This document shows positions 53,141-64,000 of a DNA stretch of 64,000 nucleotides, piece after piece. The stretch comes from Eledone cirrhosa. Its lineage: Eukaryota. Numbering within the stretch: position 1 is the stretch's first letter; every line of letters starts with the position of its first letter. The stretch is taken from assembly GCA_964016885.1 (NCBI GenBank), contig OZ024752.1:6200001-6264000 (forward strand), read 5' to 3'. The notes below the pieces were generated by a model, which made no database searches, was not told the DNA's origin, and saw only the letters and a list, made by a program, of their open reading frames with translations. A program made the position numbers and the translations under genes.

Positions 53141-54039
53141 ATCTTATTATCCAACAATCTTATCTTATGAATGATAAAACATTCATCTTTCACTAATTTT
53201 TTTAATAATTTCTAGTTTGTGAGGTTGGTGACAATATATTATAACCATTGGAATTCAAGTCCTTCCGTCTGCTGAAATATAAGAGATAGATAGGAACAGT
53301 TGTATTATCTACACCTGCTATTCCGAAACCTCAGGGAGATGCGTTATGTCTTTGGGCAAGACTCTTTATTTCACATTGCTCCTTCTGCCTGGAGTTGCGA
53401 CCGACAGATAGTATTAGCAATTGGAAAGACCAATGGAAACATTGTTGCCTTGGTCCGATTTGACGAGCTCCACCCCACTCGAAGCGAATGAGGTCTGGAA
53501 TCTTGTCAATCGGCTGTCGATATAATCCAATATAATTTACAGACTATACTCCACTAATTCTAATGAGACATTATTTGTAACAAAAATTGTTTTAGAGAAT
53601 TAATTTACGCATATATAAAAAAAATGCATTTATTAAATTTGTATTTAAAAAAACAAAAACACTTCATCTCACGGAAGACGAGAATGTTTTCGTGAAATCC
53701 TAGGTTTTCTTGGGACCAATTTGGGGAAAATATCTTTCTTAAAAAAACGTATTGATCAAAACCTAGCCATCGTGTAGGAACTAGGAATCTCTGCGGAGTT
53801 ATTTCCCTTATTTCTCATTAGTATAAAGCTTACGAGTCGTTGAATCTCCGTCTGATTCGACGACGAGTCTTCCAGTTGTTCGAATAATAGCGGAATTAAT
53901 GTGCAGGTGACTGAGCATTCCATATAGGCAACGTCTATATAATTTATTTTTCAATTAAATTGTTATTAAAACAGACATCATCACACGGAACTCTGGGTTT
54001 TTTAGAACACTTTAGCGATCATCTGTTGAAACTAAATGA

Positions 54040-55200
54040 CGAAGGCGAGTGTCTTAGTGGTTTGGGTGTTCGGTCATGAGTTCGAGTCACGTCGATGTCC
54101 TTAAGCAAAATATGTTATTTTACTTCGCTCCAGTCCACCCCTGGGTTATATCTGATATTCAAAGAACCGGCCTTGTCCCACGTTGTGTCACTGTGAATCT
54201 TCCTAAGAACAAACCTTAACGTGTTTGCAGAATGCTCAGACACTTACTTACACGTCACGAGCTGACAATTCCGTCGAGTATAACAACTGCAACACTCATC
54301 TTCACAACCAATGGAACTCCATCACTTACATGTATCCTAAGATAAATGACATTATTTTCAAGGGAGTTCAAGTTCCGTCGAGGTTAACTTTGCCTTTCAT
54401 CCTTGCGAGGTCGATAAAATAAAGTACCAGTAATGCACTGAAGTAATTGCTGGCCTTGTGCCAAAAATAGAAACAATTATTTTCAAGGGAGATAACTCTA
54501 ACTCCTTTGTAAAACTGTCTCGAAAAAAAAAAATATCCAACTAAATGAAATGAGTTTTATTAGCAGTAATCGTTGGAGCGTCGGACTACATGCTTTGTGG
54601 CATAGAGTTACGGCTCTTTACGACCTGAGTTCAAATCCTATTGAGGTTAGCTTTGCCTTTCATCCTTACTGGGTCGATAAAATAAAGTACCAGTAATGAA
54701 CTGTGGTTTATTTAATCGACTTTCCCGTCTTCTCTTCAAATTGTTGGACTTGTGTCTAAAACAGAAACCATTATTATTTTATAAACTAGATAGGTTGACA
54801 GAATCGGTAGAGCATCGATATTTAGTTACAGTACTTTGGCGGAGATTTGAACTCACAACACAAAGCCAAGCTTTGCCTTTCATCCTTCAGGATCGATAAA
54901 TAAAGTAGCAATCGAGTATTTGGGTTGACTTAATGAACGTTGCCCTTTCCCTAAATTTTCTGGCCTTGTGCCTAAATTAGAAATCAATACCATTTTATAA
55001 AAGTGATTGATTGGCAGAATTGGTAGAGCCTCTATATTTAGTTACAGCGTTCTGAGTTCAAATCCCACCAAACTTGACGTCTCCTCTTTGTGTAATCAAT
55101 AATATAAAGTATCAAACATTGCGATCAATATAATTGATTGGGCAACACCTCAACAGTCTTACCCAAGTTTCTGGTCTGGTGTCTTTGTAAGAAATCAATC
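54040..55200 (+). mobile_element. Cluster of tandem SINE copies (two families)
   Basis: Repeated gagttcaaatcc and gcctttcatcc...gtcgataaaataaagtacc units, all on the plus strand. Confidence 0.8.
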
Positions 55201-55557
55201 GATCTATCCATTCATGGGCCCCAACTCCTGATGGAGTTAGGGCCCATATATAACTCTACTCATTACTATCTAAATTCATGAGCAGCTTCATTTATTGTCA
55301 CATTCTTCAGCAGAGTTTTCTCCCTTCTCAACAACATAACAACTGGCAATGCTTGGAAAATATTAACATTTAATGTTCTGCTAAGATCAAAGTCTCTGCT
55401 GTAAAATGTTGACTACTTTAAGTGACATCCACAACAGCAACTTTGTCTTAAACTACAAGAAACTGGTACAGCAAGAAAAGTGTGGAAGAAGACATTTCTT
55501 TTTAATTAAAATAAAGTAAATGTAAAATATTTTCTTTTTTTTAACATTTGTGGGATT

Positions 55558-55655
55558 TCATCATCATCACCACCACCATCATCACCACCATCATAATCAT
55601 CATCATCATCATCACCACCACCACCATCATCATAATCATCATCATCATCATCATC

Positions 55656-55689
<34 letters not shown>

Positions 55690-55705
55690 TCATCACCATC
55701 ATCAC
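55558..55705. repeat. (CAT/CAC)n trinucleotide tract
   Basis: Directly visible. Confidence 0.93.
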
Positions 55706-56627
55706 TGTTTAACGTCCATTTTTCCAGGCTATCACGAGTTAGATAAGTTGTCATGTTGTGAGACAAGTCAGGTCAGGTGACCATGTATTGCTCATACAGA
55801 ACTGTTTCTGGCTTGGTTTCTACAGCTGGATTCCCTTCCTGACACCAACCACATTTACAGTGTGGACTGGGTACTTTTGTCATGGCACCAACACGACCAC
55901 TTTAGTGTGTGGACTGATGGCTGGGGTGGGGCAGGTGCATGTATGTAGGGCGGAGATTGGAGAGGTAGGTCTAGGGTGGGGCACTTAGCTGGTGAAGGGT
56001 GGAGTGTTATGACGCGGGAGGTGTATGGATGGGGGTAATTAGATTTGGTAGGTTTTTAGTATATTTTAGTAGTTTTTAAACAAAGTTTCGGCAGCCCTGC
56101 TACCGGCATTACAGCATGGATTAGGATGAAGCTGACCTACCAATATATATTTATTTATTTATCTATTGCTACCATAAATAATACGGCCCTTGGGTTCGGT
56201 CCACATGCTATACTATGACACTAATATTATAGTGACATACATATCACAATGAATATGTACTTTACTCTTTTACTTTTAGTAGTAGTCACAAGTGAAATAT
56301 TTATTCGTCATACTATTCATTAGATCCTAGTTTTAGTAGCAACAACCGACCGGAACGAAACTCCTTCTAGCCAGCAGTCAGCGTTTTTTATTTTATTTTA
56401 TTTTTTGTATAGATTCACAAAATACAATAAGTGTTTTTGTTTTGTTGTTTTGTTGTTTGTTATTTTTTGTAATAACTATTTTAAACATTTTACGAGTCGT
56501 TTTAGCATCATTTACTTACAGTAGACAGTTGAGTATTTGGTGCAAAACAGAAAGAAGGGAGAGAAGAAAATTGTAACTCGTAAGAATTCATGAAATTAAT
56601 GTGAACTTTGTCATTGCAACTGACGTT

Positions 56628-58040
56628 AGCCAGCTCAGCACCTGTGGTGGTGGGTAGGGAGGTTGCCCTAGGGCCAAGGACACTAGAAGTCTCCACTGCT
56701 AGGGGTAGCCAGCTCAGCACCTGTGGTGGTGGGTAGGGAGGTTGCCCTAGGGCCAAGGACACTAGAAGTCTCCACTGCTAGGGGTAGCCAGCTCAGCACC
56801 TGTGGTGGTGGGTAGGGAGGTTGCCCTAGGGCCAAGGACACTAGAAGTCTCCACTGCTAGGGGTAGCCAGCTGAGCGCCTGTGGTGGTAAGTAGGGAGGT
56901 GGCCCTAGGGCCAAGGACACTAGAAGTCTCCACTGCTAGGGGTAGCCAGCTCAGCACCTGTGGTGGTGGGTAGGGAGGTTGCCCTAGGGCCAAGGACACT
57001 AGAAGTCTCCACTGCTAGGGGTAGCCAGCTGAGCGCCTGTGGTGGTAAGTAGGGAGGTGGCCCTAGGGCCAAGGACACTAGAAGTCTCCACTGCTAGGGG
57101 TAGCCAGCTCAGCACCTGTGGTGGTGGGTAGGGAGGTTGCCCTAGGGCCAAGGACACTAGAAGTCTCCACTGCTAGGGGTAGCCAGCTGAGCGCCTGTGG
57201 TGGTAAGTAGGGAGGTGGCCCTAGGGCCAAGGACACTAGAAGTCTCCACTGCTAGGGGTAGCCAGCTCAGCGCCTGTGGTGGTAAGTAGGGAGGTGGCCC
57301 TAGGGCCAAGGACACTAGAAGTCTCCACTGCTAGGGGTAGCCAGCTCAGCACCTGTGGTGGTGGGTAGGGAGGTTGCCCTAGGGCCAAGGACACTAGAAG
57401 TCTCCACTGCTAGGGGTAGCCAGCTGAGCGCCTGTGGTGGTAAGTAGGGAGGTGGCCCTAGGGCCAAGGACACTAGAAGTCTCCACTGCTAGGGGTAGCC
57501 AGCTGAGCGCCTGTGGTGGTGGGTAGGGAGGTGGCCCTAGGGCCAAGGACACTAGAAGTCTCCACTGCTAGGGGTAGCCAGCTGAGCGCCTGTGGTGGTG
57601 GGTAGGGAGGTGGCCCTAGGGCCAAGGACACTAGAAGTCTCCACTGCTAGGGGTAGCCAGCTGAGCGCCTGTGGTGGTAAGTAGGGAGGTGGCCCTAGGG
57701 CCAAGGACACTAGAAGTCTCCACTGCTAGGGGTAGCCAGCTGAGCGCCTGTGGTGGTGGGTAGGGAGGTGGCCCTAGGGCCAAGGACACTAGAAGTCTCC
57801 ACTGCTAGGGGTAGCCAGCTGAGCGCCTGTGGTGGTGGGTAGGGAGGTGGCCCTAGGGCCAAGGACACTAGAAGTCTCCACTGCTAGGGGTAGCCAGCTG
57901 AGCGCCTGTGGTGGTAAGTAGGGAGGTGGCCCTAGGGCCAAGGACACTAGAAGTCTCCACTGCTAGGGGTAGCCAGCTGAGCGCCTGTGGTGGTGGGTAG
58001 GGAGGTGGCCCTAGGGCCAAGGACACTAGAAGTCTCCACT
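56628..58040. repeat. 79-bp GC-rich minisatellite, ~18 copies, derived from CRE LINE coding sequence
   Basis: The unit encodes PLAVETSSVLGPRATSLLTTTGAQLA on the minus strand and is contiguous with the endonuclease fragment. Confidence 0.95.
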
Positions 58041-58290
58041 GATAGAAGTTCGACTGATATTTGGAGAGTGCACCCTCCACAGCCTGAAGTGCAGCAAAGC
58101 CTGGGTTAGTCACAGACTGCACCAGGTTGCCGCTAGATAATGTGTCGCTGCATGTGACATCCCAGACGAGGGTTTTATCACTGCGGAACGGGAGGATGAT
58201 CATACCGTCTGGCCTTTTGCCCTCCCCTTGGTCCAGCCCTACCGCCTGCAGCATCCAAGCCATGCTTTATGACCTGGTTGAGGGCAGCTG
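57985..58290 (-). mobile_element. CRE-clade LINE restriction-like endonuclease fragment
   Basis: GKRPDGMIILPFRSDKTLVWDVTCSDTL...AA...SKY matches the RPD...WDVT..DT motif of CRE-type RLE domains. Confidence 0.82.
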
Positions 58291-58589
58291 GCTGTAAATA
58301 AAGTTTATGGTTGAGCTTCCTAATTCTATTTTATTCTTATCCTTAATCGATACCCAAAGGAAATCGTCCAGCAGGTGGTGAAGCTTGATAACCGTTCAGT
58401 TGGAGAGCCACGACTGGGGTGAGGTGAAAGGGGGAAGAAGAAAGGGGACAAGGTATCGAACTTAATCATTGACTTTCAAACATTGAACCCTGTAACAATA
58501 TATATATTTCCTTTATTATTTTTATTTATTTATTCAATTTTTTTCATTCTTTATCTCTGCCCCCCCCCCTCCCTTCCCAGAGAGAAGCA

Positions 58590-58865
58590 ATCGCGGAGTG
58601 TACGGCCTGCACACTGACAAACTCCCAAAACATCTCGCCTCATGCTGCTGAGGCAGGAGTACGGCTGCTCCAGTCGATCACAGCCCTCACCAACTGTATT
58701 TTCCGCCCTCTCATTCACCCAATCTTTTCTTCTCGGCCAGTCTGACCCCTCCGAGGAAGAATGACGGAGACATCCATCCCATCGCAGTGGTCAATGTCTT
58801 CTGATAACTTTCAACCAAGATAGCTTGCAAGTCAGTCAGATTAGAGTGGGGCACTAAGCTCAGTC
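58590..58865 (+). mobile_element. CRE-clade LINE reverse-transcriptase N-terminal fragment
   Basis: Reads AEAGVRLLQSITALTN, then after a frameshift FFSASLTPPRKNDGDIHPIAVVNVF**LSTKIAC (cf. FFGASLIALxKKDGGIRPIAVGxxxRRL). Confidence 0.75.
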
Positions 58866-58989
58866 CATCTCAGAGTGAGAGTCAAGGGTGGATGTGAGGT
58901 AACAGCTCGTGTGGTCAGACATTTTATAGAACACGCACCTCCTTCGTCACTCCACCTTCTTGTGAAACTGGACAAGTAAAAAACACTTT

Positions 58990-61690
58990 CAACAATGTTA
59001 GATGGGATTACATCTTAGAGACGTGTCTTAGACAAGACCCTCAACAGGGTTAGATGGGATTACATCTTAGAGACGTGTCTTAGACAAGACCCTCAACAGG
59101 GTTAGGTGGGATTACATCTTAGAGACGTGTCTTAGACAAGACCCTCAACAGGGTTAGATGGGATTACATCTTAGAGACGTGTCTTAGACAAGACCCTCAA
59201 CAGGGTTAGGTGGAATTACATCTTAGAGACGTGTCTTAGACAAGACCCTCAACAGGGTTAGATGGGATTACATCTTAGAGACGTGTCTTAGACAAGACCC
59301 TCAACAGGGTTAGGTGGGATTACATCTTAGAGACGTGTCTTAGACAAGACCCTCAACAGGGTTAGGTGGGATTACATCTTAGAGACGTGTCTTAGACAAG
59401 ACCCTCAACAGGGTTAGATGGGATTACATCTTAGAGACGTGTCTTAGACAAGACCCTCAACAGGGTTAGGTGGGATTACATCTTAGAGACGTGTCTTAGA
59501 CAAGACCCTCAACAGGGTTAGATGGGATTACATCTTAGAGACGTGTCTTAGACAAGACCCTCAACAGGGTTAGGTGGAATTACATCTTAGAGACGTGTCT
59601 TAGACAAGACCCTCAACAGGGTTAGATGGGATTACATCTTAGAGACGTGTCTTAGACAAGACCCTCAACAGGGTTAGGTGGGATTACATCTTAGAGACGT
59701 GTCTTAGACAAGACCCTCAACAGGGTTAGATGGGATTACATCTTAGAGACGTGTCTTAGACAAGCCCCTCAACAGGGTTAGGTGGGATTACATCTTAGAG
59801 ACGTGTCTTAGACAAGACCCTCAACAGGGTTAGATGGGATTACATCTTAGAGACGTGTCTTAGACAAGAGCCTCAACAGGGTTAGATGGGATTACATCTT
59901 AGAGACGTGTCTTAGACAAGACCCTCAACAGGGTTAGGTGGGATTACATCTTAGAGACGTGTCTTAGACAAGACCCTCAACAGGGTTAGATGGGATTACA
60001 TCTTAGAGACGTGTCTTAGACAAGACCCTCAACAGGGTTAGGTGGAATTACATCTTAGAGACGTGTCTTAGACAAGACCCTCAACAGGGTTAGGTGGGAT
60101 TACATCTTAGAGACGTGTCTTAGACAAGACCCTCAACAGGGTTAGATGGGATTACATCTTAGAGACGTGTCTTAGACAAGAGCCTCAACAGGGTTAGATG
60201 GGATTACATCTTAGAGACGTGTCTTAGACAAGACCCTCAACAGAGTTAGATGGGATTACATCTTAGAGACGTGTCTTAGACAAGCCCCTCAACAGGGTTA
60301 GGTGGGATTACATCTTAGAGACGTGTCTTAGACAAGCCCCTCAACAGGGTTAGATGGGATTACATCTTAGAGACGTGTCTTAGACAAGCCCCTCAACAGG
60401 GTTAGGTGGGATTACATCTTAGAGACGTGTCTTAGACAAGACCCTCAACAGGGTTAGGTGGGATTACATCTTAGAGACGTGTCTTAGACAAGACCCTCAA
60501 CAGGGTTAGATGGGATTACATCTTAGAGACGTGTCTTAGACAAGACCCTCAACAGAGTTAGATGGGATTACATCTTAGAGACGTGTCTTAGACAAGCCCC
60601 TCAACAGGGTTAGGTGGGATTACATCTTAGAGACGTGTCTTAGACAAGACCCTCAACAGGGTTAGGTGGGATTACATCTTAGAGACGTGTCTTAGACAAG
60701 ACCCTCAACAGGGTTAGATGGGATTACATCTTAGAGACGTGTCTTAGACAAGACCCTCAACAGAGTTAGATGGGATTACATCTTAGAGACGTGTCTTAGA
60801 CAAGCCCCTCAACAGGGTTAGGTGGGATTACATCTTAGAGACGTGTCTTAGACAAGCCCCTCAACAGGGTTAGATGGGATTACATCTTAGAGACGTGTCT
60901 TAGACAAGCCCCTCAACAGGGTTAGGTGGGATTACATCTTAGAGACGTGTCTTAGACAAGCCCCTCAACAGGGTTAGATGGGATTACATCTTAGAGACGT
61001 GTCTTAGACAAGCCCCTCAACAGGGTTAGGTGGGATTACATCTTAGAGACGTGTCTTAGACAAGCCCCTCAACAGGGTTAGGTGGGATTACATCTTAGAG
61101 ACGTGTCTTAGACAAGCCCCTCAACAGGGTTAGGTGGGATTACATCTTAGAGACGTGTCTTAGACAAGCCCTTCAACAGGGTTAGATGGGATTACATCTT
61201 AGAGACGTGTCTTAGACAAGCCCCTCAACAGGGTTAGGTGGGATTACATCTTAGAGACGTGTCTTAGACAAGCCCCTCAACAGGGTTAGGTGGGATTACA
61301 TCTTAGAGACGTGTCTTAGACAAGCCCCTCAACAGGGTTAGGTGGGATTACATCTTAGAGACGTGTCTTAGACAAGCCCCTCAACAGGGTTAGGTGGGAT
61401 TACATCTTAGAGACGTGTCTTAGACAAGCCCCTCAACAGGGTTAGGTGGGATTACATCTTAGAGACGTGTCTTAGACAAGCCCTTCAACAGGGTTAGATG
61501 GGATTACATCTTAGAGACGTGTCTTAGACAAGCCCCTCAACAGGGTTAGGTGGGATTACATCTTAGAGACGTGTCTTAGACAAGCCCCTCAACAGGGTTA
61601 GGTGGGATTACATCTTAGAGACGTGTCTTAGACAAGCCCCTCAACAGGGTGGAAGGATCATGTCTTAGAGACGTGTCTTAGACGAGTCCC
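58990..61690. repeat. 52-bp minisatellite, ~51 copies
   Basis: Unit gttag(a/g)tgggattacatcttagagacgtgtcttagacaag(a/c)ccctcaacagg. Confidence 0.98.
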
Positions 61691-62147
61691 CTCAATTTAC
61701 CCTCTTGCTCACCTCTCGTTCGGAATACCCAGCATAATCATAACCGCTAACAACAGTGTTACTTCCGCTACGGATGTCCACTCGGCCCGCTTCTCTTTGC
61801 GCTAGCAGTTGACAACGAAATTTCCCGGAAAATGTTTTCTTTTTTTTGGGGGGGGGGCTACGCACCCCGATCAATACGCCACAGGGTACAGTCCATCTTA
61901 CATTATCATGTAACAGGGTATATTTTAAGGGGTTTTAGAATTGCACAAATCTTTGAGGCAGATGCAACGATTCTGAGAGGCATATGTGATGACTATTTTT
62001 GATGCTTTGAGCGTTTTAAGTTTTTTTAACAACCATTTACCATACCAATGATGAAATATTTGACACAATATGTAAACTCAAAGCATAAAATTAGATTTAG
62101 AACTGCACAAAATTCTGCCCCAAAAATATTTATCAACCGTCTATTGG

Positions 62148-62912
62148 ACACGGATGTAGGATGTATGTGGTAATATAGGAACTTACTAAGATAGAGAGGT
62201 GTATAGTACACGGATGTAGGATGTATGTGGTAATATAGGAACTTACTAAGATAGAGAGGTGTATAGTACACGGATGTAGGATGTATGTGGTAATATAGGA
62301 ACTTACTAAGATAGAGAGGTGTCTGGTACACGGATGTAGGATGTATGTGGTAATATAGAAACTTACTAAGATAGAGAGGTGTATAGTACACGGATGTAGG
62401 ATGTATGTGGTAATATAGGAACTTACTAAGATAGAGAGGTGTCTGGTACACGGATGTAGGATGTATGTGGTAATATAGGAACTTACTAAGATAGAGAGGT
62501 GTATGGTACACGGATGTAGGATGTATGTGGTAATATAGAAACTTACTAAGATAGAGAGGTGTATAGTACACGGATGTAGGATGTATGTGGTAATATAGGA
62601 ACTTACTGTGATAGAGAGGTGTCTGGTACACGGATGTAGGATGTATGTGGTAATATAGGAACTTACTAAGATAGAGAGGTGTATAGTACACGGATGTAGG
62701 ATGTATGTGGTAATATAGGAACTTACTGTGATAGAGAGGTGTCTGGTACACGGATGTAGGATGTATGTGGTAATATAGGAACTTACTAAGATAGAGAGGT
62801 GTATAGTACACGGATGTAGGATGTATGTGGTAATATAGGAACTTACTAAGATAGAGAGGTGTCTGGTACAAGGGTGTAGGATGTATGTGGTAATATAGGA
62901 ACTTACTGTGAT
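62148..62912. repeat. 60-bp minisatellite, ~13 copies
   Basis: Unit acacggatgtaggatgtatgtggtaatataggaacttactaagatagagaggtgtatagt. Confidence 0.97.
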
Positions 62913-63207
62913 ATATATATATATTTATATATATATATACATATATATATATATGTGTGTGTATATAAATATATACATATATACATACATATATAAATAT
63001 ATATATATATATATATGTGTGTGTATATAAATATATACATATATATATATACATACATATATAAATATATATATATACATACATATATAAATATATATAT
63101 ATACATATATAAATATATATACATATATAAATATATATATATACATACATATATAAATATATATATATACATACATATATAAATATATATATATACATAC
63201 ATATATA

Positions 63208-63407
63208 NNNNNNNNNNNNNNNNNNNNNNNNNNNNNNNNNNNNNNNNNNNNNNNNNNNNNNNNNNNNNNNNNNNNNNNNNNNNNNNNNNNNNNNNNNNNN
63301 NNNNNNNNNNNNNNNNNNNNNNNNNNNNNNNNNNNNNNNNNNNNNNNNNNNNNNNNNNNNNNNNNNNNNNNNNNNNNNNNNNNNNNNNNNNNNNNNNNNN
63401 NNNNNNN
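63208..63407. other. Assembly gap (200 N)
   Basis: Run of N. Confidence 1.
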
Positions 63408-63541
63408 AGTCTTGGTCAACTTGTGTGTCCACTTTTTAATGGTGTTAAAGACTAGATGGCTTGTTACAGTCTTGGTCAACTTGTGTGTCCACTTTTTAAT
63501 GGTGTTAAAGACTAGATGGCTTGTTACAGTCTCGGTCAACT
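63408..63541. repeat. 60-bp tandem repeat, >2 copies, truncated by the gap
   Basis: agtcttggtcaacttgtgtgtccactttttaatggtgttaaagactagatggcttgttac. Confidence 0.9.
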
Positions 63542-64000
63542 CTTATTCAGGCAAGATATATCAGGGAATCCTGTTTCAATTATACAGTCTTTTTCTTGCA
63601 TGATTCCTATACTAAAGACATTGTCATGTCTTCAATGTGACTAAAGTCTTCTCTATACTCTAGCTTGTTACCATTGAATTGCTAACCACTTTACAGAGTG
63701 TACTGGGTGCATTTTGTAGTGGCACCATCATTAGTGAGGATGTGTCCTTGATAAGACTAAAGGGTCCTCTCTACCTTAAGTTGTCTATGTGATCACCTAC
63801 CATTGGGTCTGTTTTAGTGACACCAAAAACAATAACATGTTGTCAGGTGCTCTGCAAGGCTAAGGGGTTATGGTATGGACCTATAACTCTTGAGGGAGTC
63901 ATAGGGGCACTATATTGACATACAGGTATTTCTTAAGACATTTTTAAACCTGGCAGAGCCCATCTCCTCTCCAGATCTGAATGGAGCAGATTTCTTCTAG

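Noticed and set aside
62026-63432. 468-aa ORF
   Set aside because: It spans the N gap, a microsatellite and a 60-bp minisatellite, so it is an artefact.

Overview
This is eukaryotic, AT-rich, microsatellite-dense DNA, most consistent with an octopus (coleoid cephalopod) genome; that assignment is inferred from SINE sequences and repeat style. There is one convincing host coding gene: a single-exon-CDS, tropomyosin-like coiled-coil protein (39247-39990, minus strand) with an unusual triplicated 38-aa module. The rest is mostly mobile-element debris and repeats: tRNA-derived SINEs, a full-length degenerate Hsmar2-like mariner, fragments of RTE, L1/Tx1, CRE and Penelope retroelements, a Helentron-like element, and many minisatellites, several visibly amplified from pieces of adjacent transposons. 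Most ORF-track entries are microsatellite translations. The most striking unexplained structure is a set of about ten long fold-back palindromes embedded in (TA)n tracts. They belong to several unrelated short-element families, and nearly all carry a minimal type-I hammerhead ribozyme motif (CUGANGA...GAAA...NUH). Many also share a 3' ACTC...GAGTGCT hairpin, and one has captured nearby genomic DNA in its loop. All coordinates were read by eye; no searches or folding were run.
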